A stretch of DNA of 64,000 bases from NCBI GenBank assembly GCA_043228905.1, contig JBHGNT010000012.1:2480001-2544000 (forward strand), given 5' to 3'. The notes under the pieces are model-generated. The model had not been told where the DNA came from. It did no database searches and saw only the letters and a list, made by a program, of their open reading frames with translations. Position 1 is the stretch's first letter; each line of letters opens with the position of its first letter. The stretch is from Azolla caroliniana (lineage: Eukaryota > Plantae > Polypodiophyta). Below are positions 52,971-64,000 of the stretch, one piece after another. The position numbers were made by a program, and so were the translations under genes.

Positions 52971-53862
52971 AGAGAGAGAGAGAGAGACGAAGAGGTCGTT
53001 GCCTCAGTGTATTACCGCCGCCTGTGGTGAAGACAGTGAGCCCAAGGTTGTTGCCTTGTAGCTTCACCATTGTACATCTCTGCTTATAGTGATAGTTGGA
53101 GTCTGAGGACTCCCGTGGTTTTTCCCATTTAGGGTTTTCCACGTAAAACATCCTGTGTACTCTTCTCTCCATTATCTTCGTGCATTTTGTATTTCCTGTT
53201 TTCTGTGAGTTAATCCTATTCCTCGGTTGTGGCCGAGCACTGTGTTCAACAGTTAGTCGGTACATGTCTAACCCATGACGAAAGCATTGGGAGGTCGTCA
53301 AGCACATCTTCAAGTACCTAAGAGGAACCGAAGATGTACAACTGACTTTTGGATCGACAAATCCGACCAAAGTCGAAGGCTATACCGACTCCAACTATGC
53401 CGGAAATACGGACAATCGAAAGTCGACATCTGGCTAGCTTTTCACCTATGGCAGTGGCACCATATCATGGAGGTCGAAGTTTCAAGAGTGCACAACCCTG
53501 TCTACCACAAAGGCCGAGTACATAGAAACATCGGAGGCAGCGAAGGAAGCAATCTGGCTGCATCGATTATCAGCCGATTTCTCGACAACAAAACGAAATG
53601 ACCATGTAGCGTCGACCATCTATTGCAACTCTCAAAGCGCAATACACCTCATTTGAAATCCAGTCTATCATGTGAAGATGAAACACATTGAGGTACAGTT
53701 TCATCATATCCGGGAGCTCGTAACAAAGAAGAAGCTCGAAGTCCGGAAGATCAACACCGAGGTGAACATCGTTGATTGCCTAAAAAAACCACTCCCAGAA
53801 CAACACTTCAGAGCACTAAGGACAATGATGGGACTACGGCAAGCGACTGAGCAGAAGAGAAT

Positions 53863-54372
53863 TGAAAGAGGAGCAGAAGGTAGGTCGAAGATTGGCCCAG
53901 ACAACATACAATCCGGATAACTAGTCGAATCAGGCTAGATCCCGATCTTATCTCTGCAAATTCGGCAAAATGTCAACAGCCTTATATGTATACTTGTAAC
54001 TATAGATTAGATTTGTAATCTAGGTTCACGGACGAGATAACCCGAATTATTTGTATACATAGGAAAGAGTAGCCCTTTTACGTGGGAGTTTGTTCGCATA
54101 AAAGTCCAACTCCTTCCACTTTGTATCCTTAGTGTGAACACATCCTCTAGTTAGGGCTTGAGTATATAAGCTCAAACCTAACATTGTAAAGAGTGAGGTC
54201 TTTGAGAGAAAATGAGTTACATAGAAGAGAATAAGAACTTCTATTGAAGCTCTAAAACTGTGTCTATCTTCTGTTTCTCATCTTGTTACATATTTGTTTT
54301 GTTTGTTGTACGTTATCTTGAAGGTCCTAATCTACATTCTTCCGCATATCTAATCATATACTTTCTACAACA
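53863..54372 (+). repeat. Probable 3' LTR of the old Copia element
   Basis: TG after purine-rich GAGCAGAAGAGAA at the end of RNase H, TATATAAG near 54163, and end ...CTACAACA. No partner LTR is available, so the boundaries are tentative. Confidence 0.5.
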
Positions 54373-55035
54373 AATGGACAAATTTGGGAGAGGTAAGATG
54401 AGAGCGCTCAACATTTAATCTCGGAAAGGATAATCACAAGGAATCATTTTATATAATTCTAGATCGTTGATATTTTAATTATATTAAGAAATAAAAGCAT
54501 TAGAATTTTCAATTGTAATAACAAACGATTATGTGGTGTCCTCCATAGTGTACACTAGTATATTAACAAGATTTACAAGTCAATGTATCAACACATGCAC
54601 TTTCCTAATTCTTAGTTTGGTTGTCTGGACCACACATGATGAATGTCTCCTATCACAATTTGGTTTTGTTATAAGCTTGAGGAATATAGATCATATGTAT
54701 GTGGTCACATTCATGCATTGCATTGTGTACACACATGCATGCATACATATGTGTATTCACACCAATGTGTTCATATAGTTCAATATTGTACTTTGTGTCG
54801 AGAAAAGCATTTGAACGTAAGAACTTTGAAGCTTCTAAATGATAATGATATGTGGTTCAGACTCTCTTTTGTATCTCAAGCATACTTCACATTTGTTCAT
54901 GGTGGACTACTCATATAAGGTAGCCATTCATATGAAAAACCCAAAATGTGTTGAAGTTGGAAGATGTATGGGTTTGAGCATGACCCGTATTTTGTGTGTA
55001 TGTCCAATAGGCAAACATATTGTCAACCCTTACCA

Positions 55036-55364
55036 CCCCTAGTTTCTAATCAGGAATCAATGTTTGCCTCATACCTTTCGCAAAATGTCATTGCATCGAC
55101 TTTGAATCTAACTGCCAACAATTATAGTTTGTCACTTGAAAGTCGCGTTGCAATTTTATTAGCCTTTACATTTTAAAAGTCAACTTATCATTTCCCAACC
55201 CCCTAGTTTCTAATCAGGAATCAATGTTTGCCTCATACCTTTCGCAAAATGTCATTGCATCGACTTTGAATCTAACCGCCAACAATTATAGTTTGTCACT
55301 TGAAAGTCACGTTGCAATTTTATTAGCCTTTACATTTTAAAAGTCAACTTATCATTTCCCAACC
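55036..55364. repeat. Tandem duplication, 2 x ~164 bp
   Basis: CCCCTAGTTTCTAATCAGG...CATTTCCCAACC occurs twice, with about two mismatches. Confidence 0.92.
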
Positions 55365-56806
55365 ATGGGTATCTGGAAAGTGAACTTGTTTTTTCAAAGG
55401 AAAGAGTTAGTGGGTAAACACTAAAGAATGCTTTCTACAATAATAACCATAGAGTAGGCCCATTGATTTAGAGACTTGAGTGGATGGGTTCTGATCTAAA
55501 GGCTATATAAATAATAAACTTTACCACTGCATTTTCATGTTTATGCTTTTCAATTAGAATAAACTCTTTCAATTCTATGATTCCACTACCTTTTTTATGT
55601 GTGAAGGTGTCATGCTCTCTTTATATAAACTTGGTTTCTACTTATGTTCATTCACGATGGTTGTGAATATATCTACATTAATATATATATTGATTGTCAT
55701 AACATAGTAGGGAGACATAAATATTTAATGGAACAAATTGAAGTACTTTAGAAGTAGAAGATATACAACTTATTCATAGTTCTCTTTCTTAATATTGGTT
55801 TTTATTAGCCAATAGCTAGCATTGTGTTCTCACAAGCATTCTTCCCTTGAAAGCTACCTCATAATAGCCGTCTTAGTTATGCAATCTTGCGATTGATGTG
55901 TCATAACTTGACCAAGCCCTACCCTAAAAGACATGTTTGTGTCACAAAAAATGAAAGCGGGGAAGCATTAATGCAATACGGTAATGTACTCTGATGTACG
56001 TGGATTCGAGCTAAAAGTAAACATGTTCAGTAGAAAGATAAAATGGCCAGTGTATGTCAAGCTAAAAAAGTAAACTAAGTTAATGGGAGCTAAAAAAGTA
56101 CATCGATGATGTAAGGGGTGAATCACAAGGACTTTGTAGCAAGCAATTTCTTGAGATCAACACAAATGTAATCGTAGTAGAACACACGGGTTTGGTTTGC
56201 AAGTCTCGTGAGATGGAAAGTTCACTTGAATAGCCAATTTGGAAAATGAAGATTATCATCGGACAGATGTATACATATGCTTAAAACGTATATAATACAA
56301 GGGGTTGAATCTACGGATAGGAGGACTATATGCCGACATATAGGTAACTGCATAGATCCAAAGGCTACAGTCGATTTTTGCAGCAGACGAGAGGCGACTG
56401 TCGGAACGTGGCAGTTGGGAATTGTCGTAGAGCAGGGATGAAAGGTTCGCCAAGGGCCCACCACCCAAAATATCTATCTATACAAACATGTACATGTTAT
56501 ATATGTATGCGTATATTTGTGTGTAATGTGAAATATGTGATTGATAGAGAGAGAGGCATGTGTGCCAATGGGATGTGTCCCATCATCATCCAATGTGTTT
56601 ATGGAACAAAAAGAAGAAGGTCTGATCATCCAATAATATTCCCCACCTTCAACCCCCCCACTTCTCCCCTGGCGTGTTCTTTTTTTTCTTGTGTTATGTA
56701 TGCAAACAAACAAACCCTACATATATTTCTTCCTTTGTAGAATGTATGGATTTGCCTTCCTAATTCCCCCACCCATATTTGTGTTTTGGAGGAGGACCTA
56801 CCTATC

Positions 56807-57020
56807 AAATCTATCTATCCATCTATCTATCTATCTATCTATATACCCCTCTATGTTATATATGACAGGTTTGTTTTGCTCTTTTCTTCAATATAAACGA
56901 AGAAGAAGAAGATATTTCTGCCCAATAATTCATCTCTTCTTCTTCTTTCCCTTCACTGAACAATCCCTAATCATACACACACACACACACACACACACAT
57001 ACATACATATATGTACATAC

Positions 57021-57095
<75 letters not shown>

Positions 57096-57524
57096 CATAC
57101 ATACATATATACATGTACATATACATATACATATACACATGCATACATATACATATACATATACATATATGTACATACATACATAAATCTCTCTGTTTTT
57201 CCTTCCTAACAAAATCCCCACTAAATTTCCTTCAGATTTTCCCACCTAAATTAACTCTTTTTGTCTGCTTTGCCCCTCCCCTGTTCTGCTCTGTTCTGTT
57301 CTGTTCTGTTTCTCATACATACTTCACTTCACTTCTACCTGGAAGTGCGACCCCCCCCCCCCCCCCCCTCCCCCCACACTCCCAAGAAAGAAGGAAAAGC
57401 AGAAACAGAGCAGAAGAATCAGAAGAAGAAGAAGAAGAAGAAGAAGAAGAAAGAGGTATATATAACCTATAACCATTTCTTCTCCGACATTGCCATTGCC
57501 ATAGCCATAGCCATAGCCATAGCC
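56807..57524. repeat. Microsatellite cluster in the PGDH promoter/5' UTR
   Basis: (TATC)n, (AC)n, (ATATAC)n at ~57020-57170, (TTCTG)n, poly-C at 57351-57368, (GAA)n at 57421-57451 and (GCCATA)n. Confidence 0.9.
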
Positions 57525-57575
57525 CATCTCTTCTTCTTGTAGAAATCTTTTATTCTTCCATCTTGCTGCCCGGCT

Positions 57576-60500
57576 ATGGCTTCTTTCTCCCTCTCTCCCT
57601 CTCCCTCTTCTTCTTCTTCTTCTTCTTCTTCATCATCATCACAGCTTTCCCTCTCCTCTTCCTTTGTCCATCGCTCCTCTCCCCCTTCCTTAGCTTTTCG
57701 CCGCCCTTCCCCATCCCTTGGCACCAATTCGCAGAGGCTCCATCTCCATTTCCCTAACCCTAACCTCGTCTTCTTCAACAGTAGCAGCACCGCATCTGTG
57801 AGCCGCCCACAATCGAATTCACCTCCCATCCCTCCATCTTCTTCTTCTTCTTCTTCCCCGTCTTCTTCCCCCTCCGGCAATGCTGTAGCTCTACCCACAG
57901 TCCTGGTAGCGGAGAAGCTGAGCGACGCAGGGTTGGATCTCCTGAGGAAAGCAGCCATAGTGGAGTGTGCGTATGGCATGACACAGGAGGATCTCTGCGC
58001 AAGGATCTCGACCTGCGACGCGCTGATCGTGAGGAGTGCAACCAAGGTGACCCGGCAGGTCTTCGAGGCCTCCAAAGGGAGGCTGAAGGTAGTAGGCAGG
58101 GCCGGTGTGGGCATTGATAATGTAGATCTTCACGCCGCTACCGAGCATGGATGCCTCGTCGTCAATGCCCCCACTGCAAACACCATCGCTGCTGCAGAGC
58201 ATGGCATTGCCCTCCTCGCTGCCATGGCTCGTAACATCCCTCAGGCTAGCGCTTCCCTCAAATTGGGTATGTATCTTCTTGAGTGATTAGGTTTTCCTGC
58301 GCATTCTGTGTTTGTCTAGGTTTGTGGTGTCAATTCTACTCTCAAATCCCTGTGTTAGGTTTTCTTGCACATTCTGTGTTTTATCTAGGTTTTGTGTACA
58401 TTCCTCATATTTTGCTTCTAGCGCTTCCCTCAAATCGGGTACATATCTATCTGTCTCTGCCCTGTGTTTGTGTGCCGCCTTCTGATGCTTAAATCCCTTC
58501 TTCTTGAGTGATTAGGTTTTCCTGCACATTCTGTGTTTGTCTAGGTTTGTGGTGTCAATTCTACTCTCAAATCCCTGTGTTAGGTTTCCTTGCACATTCT
58601 GTGTTTATCTAGGTTTTGTGTACATTCCTCATATTTTGCTCCTTGTTAGGGTTTAGTCTTATTCTAACTCTTCATACCTCTCCATGGGATCATAATGTCC
58701 CTCAAATCTGGTTAAAACCTGCTCGATTATGGTTTTGTCTCTGTTTTGGTGGCACATCTTTTTCTGTATAGGTTCTTCAGGATTTGTTCCATAGTCTCTA
58801 TGCTTTTTGACCTCAACTCCTTTTTGTGCGGGTTCAAGATTCATATTTACTCCTTGTGTCATTTTTGGCCAGCAAGGTGAAAATCGAATATATTTCTCCA
58901 TCTTTTGGTCAATTTCTGCCTTTTGTCACTTAGGGTTTACCTTCCATTCAAACTATGTGGTTTGCCTGAATGGCTACTTGAATATATTGAGATAATTCTC
59001 TGCCTGTGTCCGTTAGAGTATCATAGTTCTGCCTTTTGGTCAATCTCAGGCAGCTCTTGTGCTGATCTAGTTGTTAATCTTGTTCTTCCCTCCTCAGCTA
59101 AGCTGGTTAGGGTATCAGATCCTATGTACATTTCTCCCTCCAGCTTCATGAAACAGTTCGGATCTCTGCTTTTCTCTTTCTTATACTCCTTTTACCAGTG
59201 ATGGTTCTGTATAAATCCTTGAGCATTGTTGCTCTATTTACCGGCAAGAGTTTACTGGTTAGGGCTTTTTTATTTTTCTTCTCTATTTATCTACATTGTA
59301 TATGCTATGTCTGTGTTTCTGTTTTCTCTACTTCTTTTTCCCATTGGGGGATTCAAGCAAGTTTCTCTGTCGAACTTTCTAAAAAATCTCCATTTTTTGT
59401 TAGATCACAGTTATATATAGTATGTTTATGCAAAAGCTGTCATATATAGTCAATTCCTATACTCCTACAGGTGCTGATGCAGTTTTGTTTAGGGTTCTGT
59501 TGTAATTGGTTTTCCCCCATCAAAAAAGCTTGTTTTGATTTATGCCCATGATTTTCTCCCTTGCCTCTGATAATCCTATGATGTAGTTTTGTAATCCTGT
59601 CTGAATTTTATAATAAAGTCTTTTGTGCAGTGTCACAATCAGAAATGTGTCACTGATCTAGTGGCCTTTAAGGTTTAGTCCTGTCCTTTTCTCCTGTTGG
59701 AAGGCGCTTTGTTTAGATTTAATCCATGATCTCTCCCATTTCACCCCGAATGAAAAGAACAGAGCTATTTAAGAGTGTGTCTAGACTGAAATCTGACAAC
59801 ATATCTGATTTTATCTTCTTCTTTTTGCAGGGAAATGGCAGAGAAACAAGTATACAGGAGTCTCTCTTGCAGGAAAGACATTAGCAGTGATGGGATTCGG
59901 AAAGGTTGGATCTGAAGTGGCACGAAGAGGAAAGGGTCTTGGGATGCATGTGATCACTTATGATCCCTATGCAGCAGTTGATCGTGCTCACGCCCTTGGC
60001 ATTGAGCTAGTTTCTTTTGACGAAGCTCTCTCTCGTGCAGATTTCATTTCTCTCCACATGCCCCTCACTCCTGACACTGATAAACTCTTCAATGCCAAGA
60101 GCTTCGCTAAGGTGAAGAGAGGAGTACGTATAATAAATGTTGCGAGAGGGGGTGTCATCGATGAAGATGACCTCCTTGAAGCTTTAGAGAGTGGGGTGGT
60201 TGCTCAGGTAAAGTTCAATGTTTATCTTTCATCCTTCAAATGTCTTTTGATTTTCTATAGTTTGCGTGCATTGATTTTCGTTTGGTCTCATGTCTGTATG
60301 GAAGATCATAGTTTCTATCCTGAGGCACATTATATTCATGTGTGTTAATGATCCTATAGCTAATGCTGTCTAGAGCTAAGTGTATATTGCTAATATGGCT
60401 TGATTTCTGCAGCCATATAAAAAGTGCTTTTTTTCTGGCTTTCTGAGTCCCAGCTATTTTGAGACCATAACTAAAATGACGTATTTTGCTGAGCATTTTT

Positions 60501-62304
60501 CAAAGTGATAGAATATAGTGCTTTTATTGCTTTCTGAGCTCACACATAAGGAAATCTGACTCTTGATCTTGCAGGCAGCATTGGATGTCTTCACAGTGGA
60601 GCCTCCTGAAGAAGGAAATAAGTTGGTTCAGCATGAGAATGTGATAGTAACCCCACATTTGGGTGCAAGCACCAAAGAAGCTCAGGTAAATTTTGCCTTG
60701 GAATGCTATTTTTGTTCTCTTTTCTAATCCAAAATACATAAAACGGATGCACTGTATTTCGTATGATGTTCTTGACACCGCAGTTTTTGGATGTTATTTT
60801 ATTGCCTGTCAATGAGAAGCAGAGTGATGAGTCTAGCCTTTTTGAGGCTTTTTTCTATGTTGATCAGAAAACTATCATTTGGGTTCTTTTCTTTTCATTG
60901 CTCAACAGATTCTTTAGATGTTGTCTTGTCCATCGTATTGATAAAAAAACGTAGTTAATGGACATAAATGCTTTTTTTCCCTTTTGGTACTTTATAGGAG
61001 GGTGTTGCTGTTGAGATTGCAGAAGCAGTGGCTGGAGCGTTGCTAGGTGAGCTTTCTGCAACTGCAGTGAATGCCCCCATGGTGCCTCAAGAGGTAAATA
61101 AAGATGCTATATTTATAGCTTTCAGAAATTTAGATGTTACTTCTTTCTCTGTTATTTTTGGGTAATGCTAGACATTTTGAATTCACGTGAAGGATTTAGA
61201 CATTTTCCTGTGTTGGAAAACCCTGCTTTCTCTTCCTGAAATTATTCAATGTCATAAGCTTTGTTAGGTATTCTTCCCATGTGCACTTGCAAAGCTCATA
61301 GAGTTACTCTTCCTAATATGTGCACAACATGGGAATTTGATATAGTGGAAATGGCTAAGACCTTTTTGTCAAATAGATTGCTTCTCCCTTTTATCTCCTC
61401 TACCATTTAACTTCACAACAAGTCAACTTGCAAATACTAAGAGGCTGACTTAGGGCCTGATGTAATTCATCCCTTCCATTTTACTTTGTGTCTTGCTCTT
61501 TCAGATGAGAGAAGCTTTCAGTCATAGTGTTTTGTTGGGGGACAGGTCTCAGTGGGCCATTTTTGCCCTCATAAGATATATTAATATATCTTTCTTGCTA
61601 ATGCAAATTTGTGGTCTGTGTTTCGATAATAGGTTCTTGCCGAGCTATCTCCATATGTCACCTTAGCCGAGAACTTGGGAAGGCTTGCTATCCAGCTAGT
61701 GAGTGGAAGTCAAGGTGTGAAGAATGTTACGGTTTCTTACGCATCTTCCCGTTCTGATGACGAGCTTGATACACGCCTCCTCAGAGCCATGATAACCAAA
61801 GGTCTAATCGAGCCAATCTCTGACACATTCATAAACTTAGTAAATGCTGACTATGTTGCAAAGCAGAGAGGGTTAAAGATGAGCGAAGAGAGAAGAGTTG
61901 CAGAGGGCTCACGAGATTTTCCATTGGAGAGGATCGAAGTAAAGATAGCTCATGTTGAATCTAAATTTGCTAGTGCAGTGTCAGAGACCGGGGAGGTAAC
62001 ATTAGAAGGAAGAGTTAAAGATGGTATTCCACATCTCACTAAAGTTGGCAGATTTGATGTTGATGTGAGTCTTGAAGGTAGTGTTATCTTATGCCGACAA
62101 GTTGATCAACCCAGTATGATAGGAAGAGTGGGGAATATACTCGGAGAAGAGAACGTTAATATTAGCTTCATGAGTGTTGGTAGAGTTGCTCCTCGTAAAC
62201 ATGCAATCATGGCTATTGGTGTTGACAATGAACCGTCTAAGGGGGTTCTACAGAAGATCGAACAACTGGATGCTGTGGAAGAGCTTGTCTTTCTCAAGCT
62301 TTGA
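57576..62304 (+). CDS. PGDH: D-3-phosphoglycerate dehydrogenase, plastid-targeted; 5 exons, ~648 aa
   Basis: Exons 57576-58266, 59831-60207, 60575-60685, 60998-61093 and 61633-62304, all with GT-AG introns and frame-consistent (1947 nt). Ser-rich transit peptide. Motifs [26 protein letters not shown] (NAD binding), [15 protein letters not shown], and a C-terminal ACT domain (QVDQPSMIG). Confidence 0.96.
58246..58640. repeat. Local duplications at the start of PGDH intron 1
   Basis: An ~140-bp block CTTCTTGAGTGATTAGG...CATATTTTGCT occurs at ~58275-58416 and ~58500-58640. The exon-1 end is copied at 58418-58440. Confidence 0.85.
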
Positions 62305-62546
62305 GAATCAATCGAGATCAAGAAGGAAATGATATGCAAGTTACTAGTGCGCTCGGCTTTTTTTCATTTTTCATCTTTTTGTTTCTCTAGCTTTGCATAT
62401 CTTGGATAATACCCACATACACCCACACCCCATGACTTGCATATCTTCGGCTTTTTCATTGCTCATCTTTTATGATATTTTTCTCTATCTATATGAGTGT
62501 TTTCTTTTCCATAATTACCTCTACCTGTCTAATAACCAGCCCAATC

Positions 62547-62664
62547 CATCAAACAATTCACATAAATAACTTCAGGCTTATTTTGCTTTCTTCATTTGAA
62601 TTTGGCATCAAACAATTCACATAAATAACTTCAGGCTTGTTTTGCTTTCTTCATTTGAATTTGG
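62547..62664. repeat. Tandem duplication, 2 x ~59 bp, downstream of the PGDH stop
   Basis: CATCAAACAATTCACATAAATAACTTCAGGCTT(A/G)TTTTGCTTTCTTCATTTGAATTTGG occurs twice. Confidence 0.9.
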
Positions 62665-64000
62665 AAGCACAATTTTGATACAGGAGAAGCATCATGAACT
62701 TGTATCCTATCCTGTTATTTTTTTTCATTTCTTCACTAGCTTTCCTAACTATTTTATGGAGAGATGGGTTGTCTTTTCCAACATGTAAAGATCTCTCGTA
62801 TCATATTGTTACTAATATATTGTTTGTCCTTGTAAACTGCTGAGTAGTCAGTTCAGATGTTATTTTCATCTTCTAATTGTTTAAATTTTTCGAGGTTTCA
62901 ATCCTCTATTTGTTGAAATCTGTCATGGTGTCTGTCACCTTGTGCAATTCGAAAAAAACGTAACTATTTTGACTAGGCTAGCACATTTGTCAGTGTCTGC
63001 ATAAATGATGTGAGCAAGTTATTTATATGAATGTGAATGAAGTATTTACTGTCTTCCGGCGAATTACTGCACAATACTCGGGACTATGGCTCAGGACCTT
63101 CTCACTAACCCACTAATGTATTTGATGGGTCTGTTGTGCATATTTTGTCTAATCTAACCTCCTTCTTTTGAGACCACCTAGGGGCATCTCAAGAAATGAA
63201 ATGGCTTAGGACAAGAGCACTTGGTGTTTGCTCTCTGGAGAAATAAAGGAAAGTTTCATATGCATGATTCCCAGAAAATGTTCACCTTATGGTCAGCCAT
63301 ATGGGGCCCACTTATTATTTGATGGAAATTATATTACATAGTTTTGACAATATCCAAACCTTGTAGAGGGTGCTGAGGGTACTGACACCGATTTTCCTCA
63401 ATGACAGTGCCGAGGAAACATGTCTTCCATCGTGAACCATTTGACTAATTCGCCTGGTAATAAACAGCTTTGTACATATTGTATATGAAAAATCTATTCC
63501 CCATATAATGAGTTGCTTACTTTACCTTGATAAATCACCACCAGAGAATCATCATTGGGATTCTTAGAACATCATGATTTCACCATCCTGTAGCAACCAA
63601 CCATCATGTTCTTGTATCATTCATTTTCGGTCAACTTTAATGTCTATATGATTGCTGGCATAGGAATTTGGAGCCATTGTCAATGAGCTATACCACTCCA
63701 AGGTATGTAATTTGCCTACCACTACACGCCATACTTCGGCGAATCGTCACACTTAGATCTTGTATTTTGAAGAGCTCAATGTCATGCAAATGATTAATTT
63801 AATTACTTTCATCCAATTGAAGTGTGGCTTGTGAAATTGATTTTAAATTGTATTGTGACTTGCATGGCCCACTACATGATTCCTCCACATTTTTGCAAAT
63901 ATAAACCAAATCTATTGTGCAACATTATTTTTTATTTTGTAAATATGCAAACTATGTGGCAATATTTAGATGCAATAAAACAGTTTTATTACCTAAACAA

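Larger units (their letters stand above)
44476..53251 (+). mobile_element. Young full-length Ty1/Copia (Tnt1/Tork-like) element; 3' LTR split by a LINE
   Basis: TSD GTTAG (44471-44475 and 53252-53256), 5' LTR 44476-45116, PBS TGGTATCAGAGC (45120-45131), PPT GAAGGGGGAG. The LTRs differ at about two positions. Confidence 0.97.
49232..53251 (+). repeat. 3' LTR in two halves (49232-49604 and 52971-53251)
   Basis: Both halves match 44476-45116 and join at the (GA)n tract. Confidence 0.95.
40263..54372 (+). mobile_element. Old degraded Ty1/Copia element, host of nested insertions; 5' part not in window
   Basis: gag (LIRQLFNMKM), protease (LLDSGATFH), integrase, RT (KLPPRRKPLPCKWV, LKKSLYGLK, ILYVNDM). 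Continues at 44288-44475 (PYASAVGSIMYAM) and 53257-53860 (RNase H, KHIEVQFH). Many frameshifts and stops. Confidence 0.88.

Noticed and set aside
49831-53370. 1179-aa ORF as a novel host gene
   Set aside because: It is a LINE ORF fused by insertion to antisense LTR sequence.
56930-57542. Short ORFs upstream of PGDH
   Set aside because: Microsatellite-derived. No evidence for functional uORFs from sequence alone.
62700-64000. Possible exons of a neighbouring gene at the right edge
   Set aside because: No ORF of 60 aa or more and no motif I can recognise. Small exons cannot be excluded without homology or RNA data.

Overview
Plant nuclear DNA, probably from a seed-free land plant (inferred from the TE lineages and the microsatellite-rich background). 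Bases 1-~54,370 are a deeply nested retrotransposon cluster: four Ty1/Copia elements, two Ty3/Gypsy elements, two solo LTRs, two RTE/RTEX-like LINEs, two L1/Tx1-like LINEs, a hAT-type MITE and kilobases of TG/TA low-complexity DNA. Bases ~54,400-64,000 are host sequence containing one complete five-exon gene for a plastid-targeted D-3-phosphoglycerate dehydrogenase (57,576-62,304, +). Most notable: (1) three insertions of one Gypsy lineage all have 4-bp target-site duplications (TSDs) centred on CG (ACGC, CCGT, ACGG); (2) the full-length member has a tRNA-Trp PBS and a candidate -1 frameshift cassette (G GAT TTT plus a possible pseudoknot) between protease and RT; (3) an 18.5-kb insertion with a low-complexity backbone splits a Gypsy RT exactly in register; (4) a very young LINE with a (CTTT)n tail sits in the (GA)n tract of a nearly identical LTR pair. 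All boundaries, counts and identities were read by eye and need computational confirmation.
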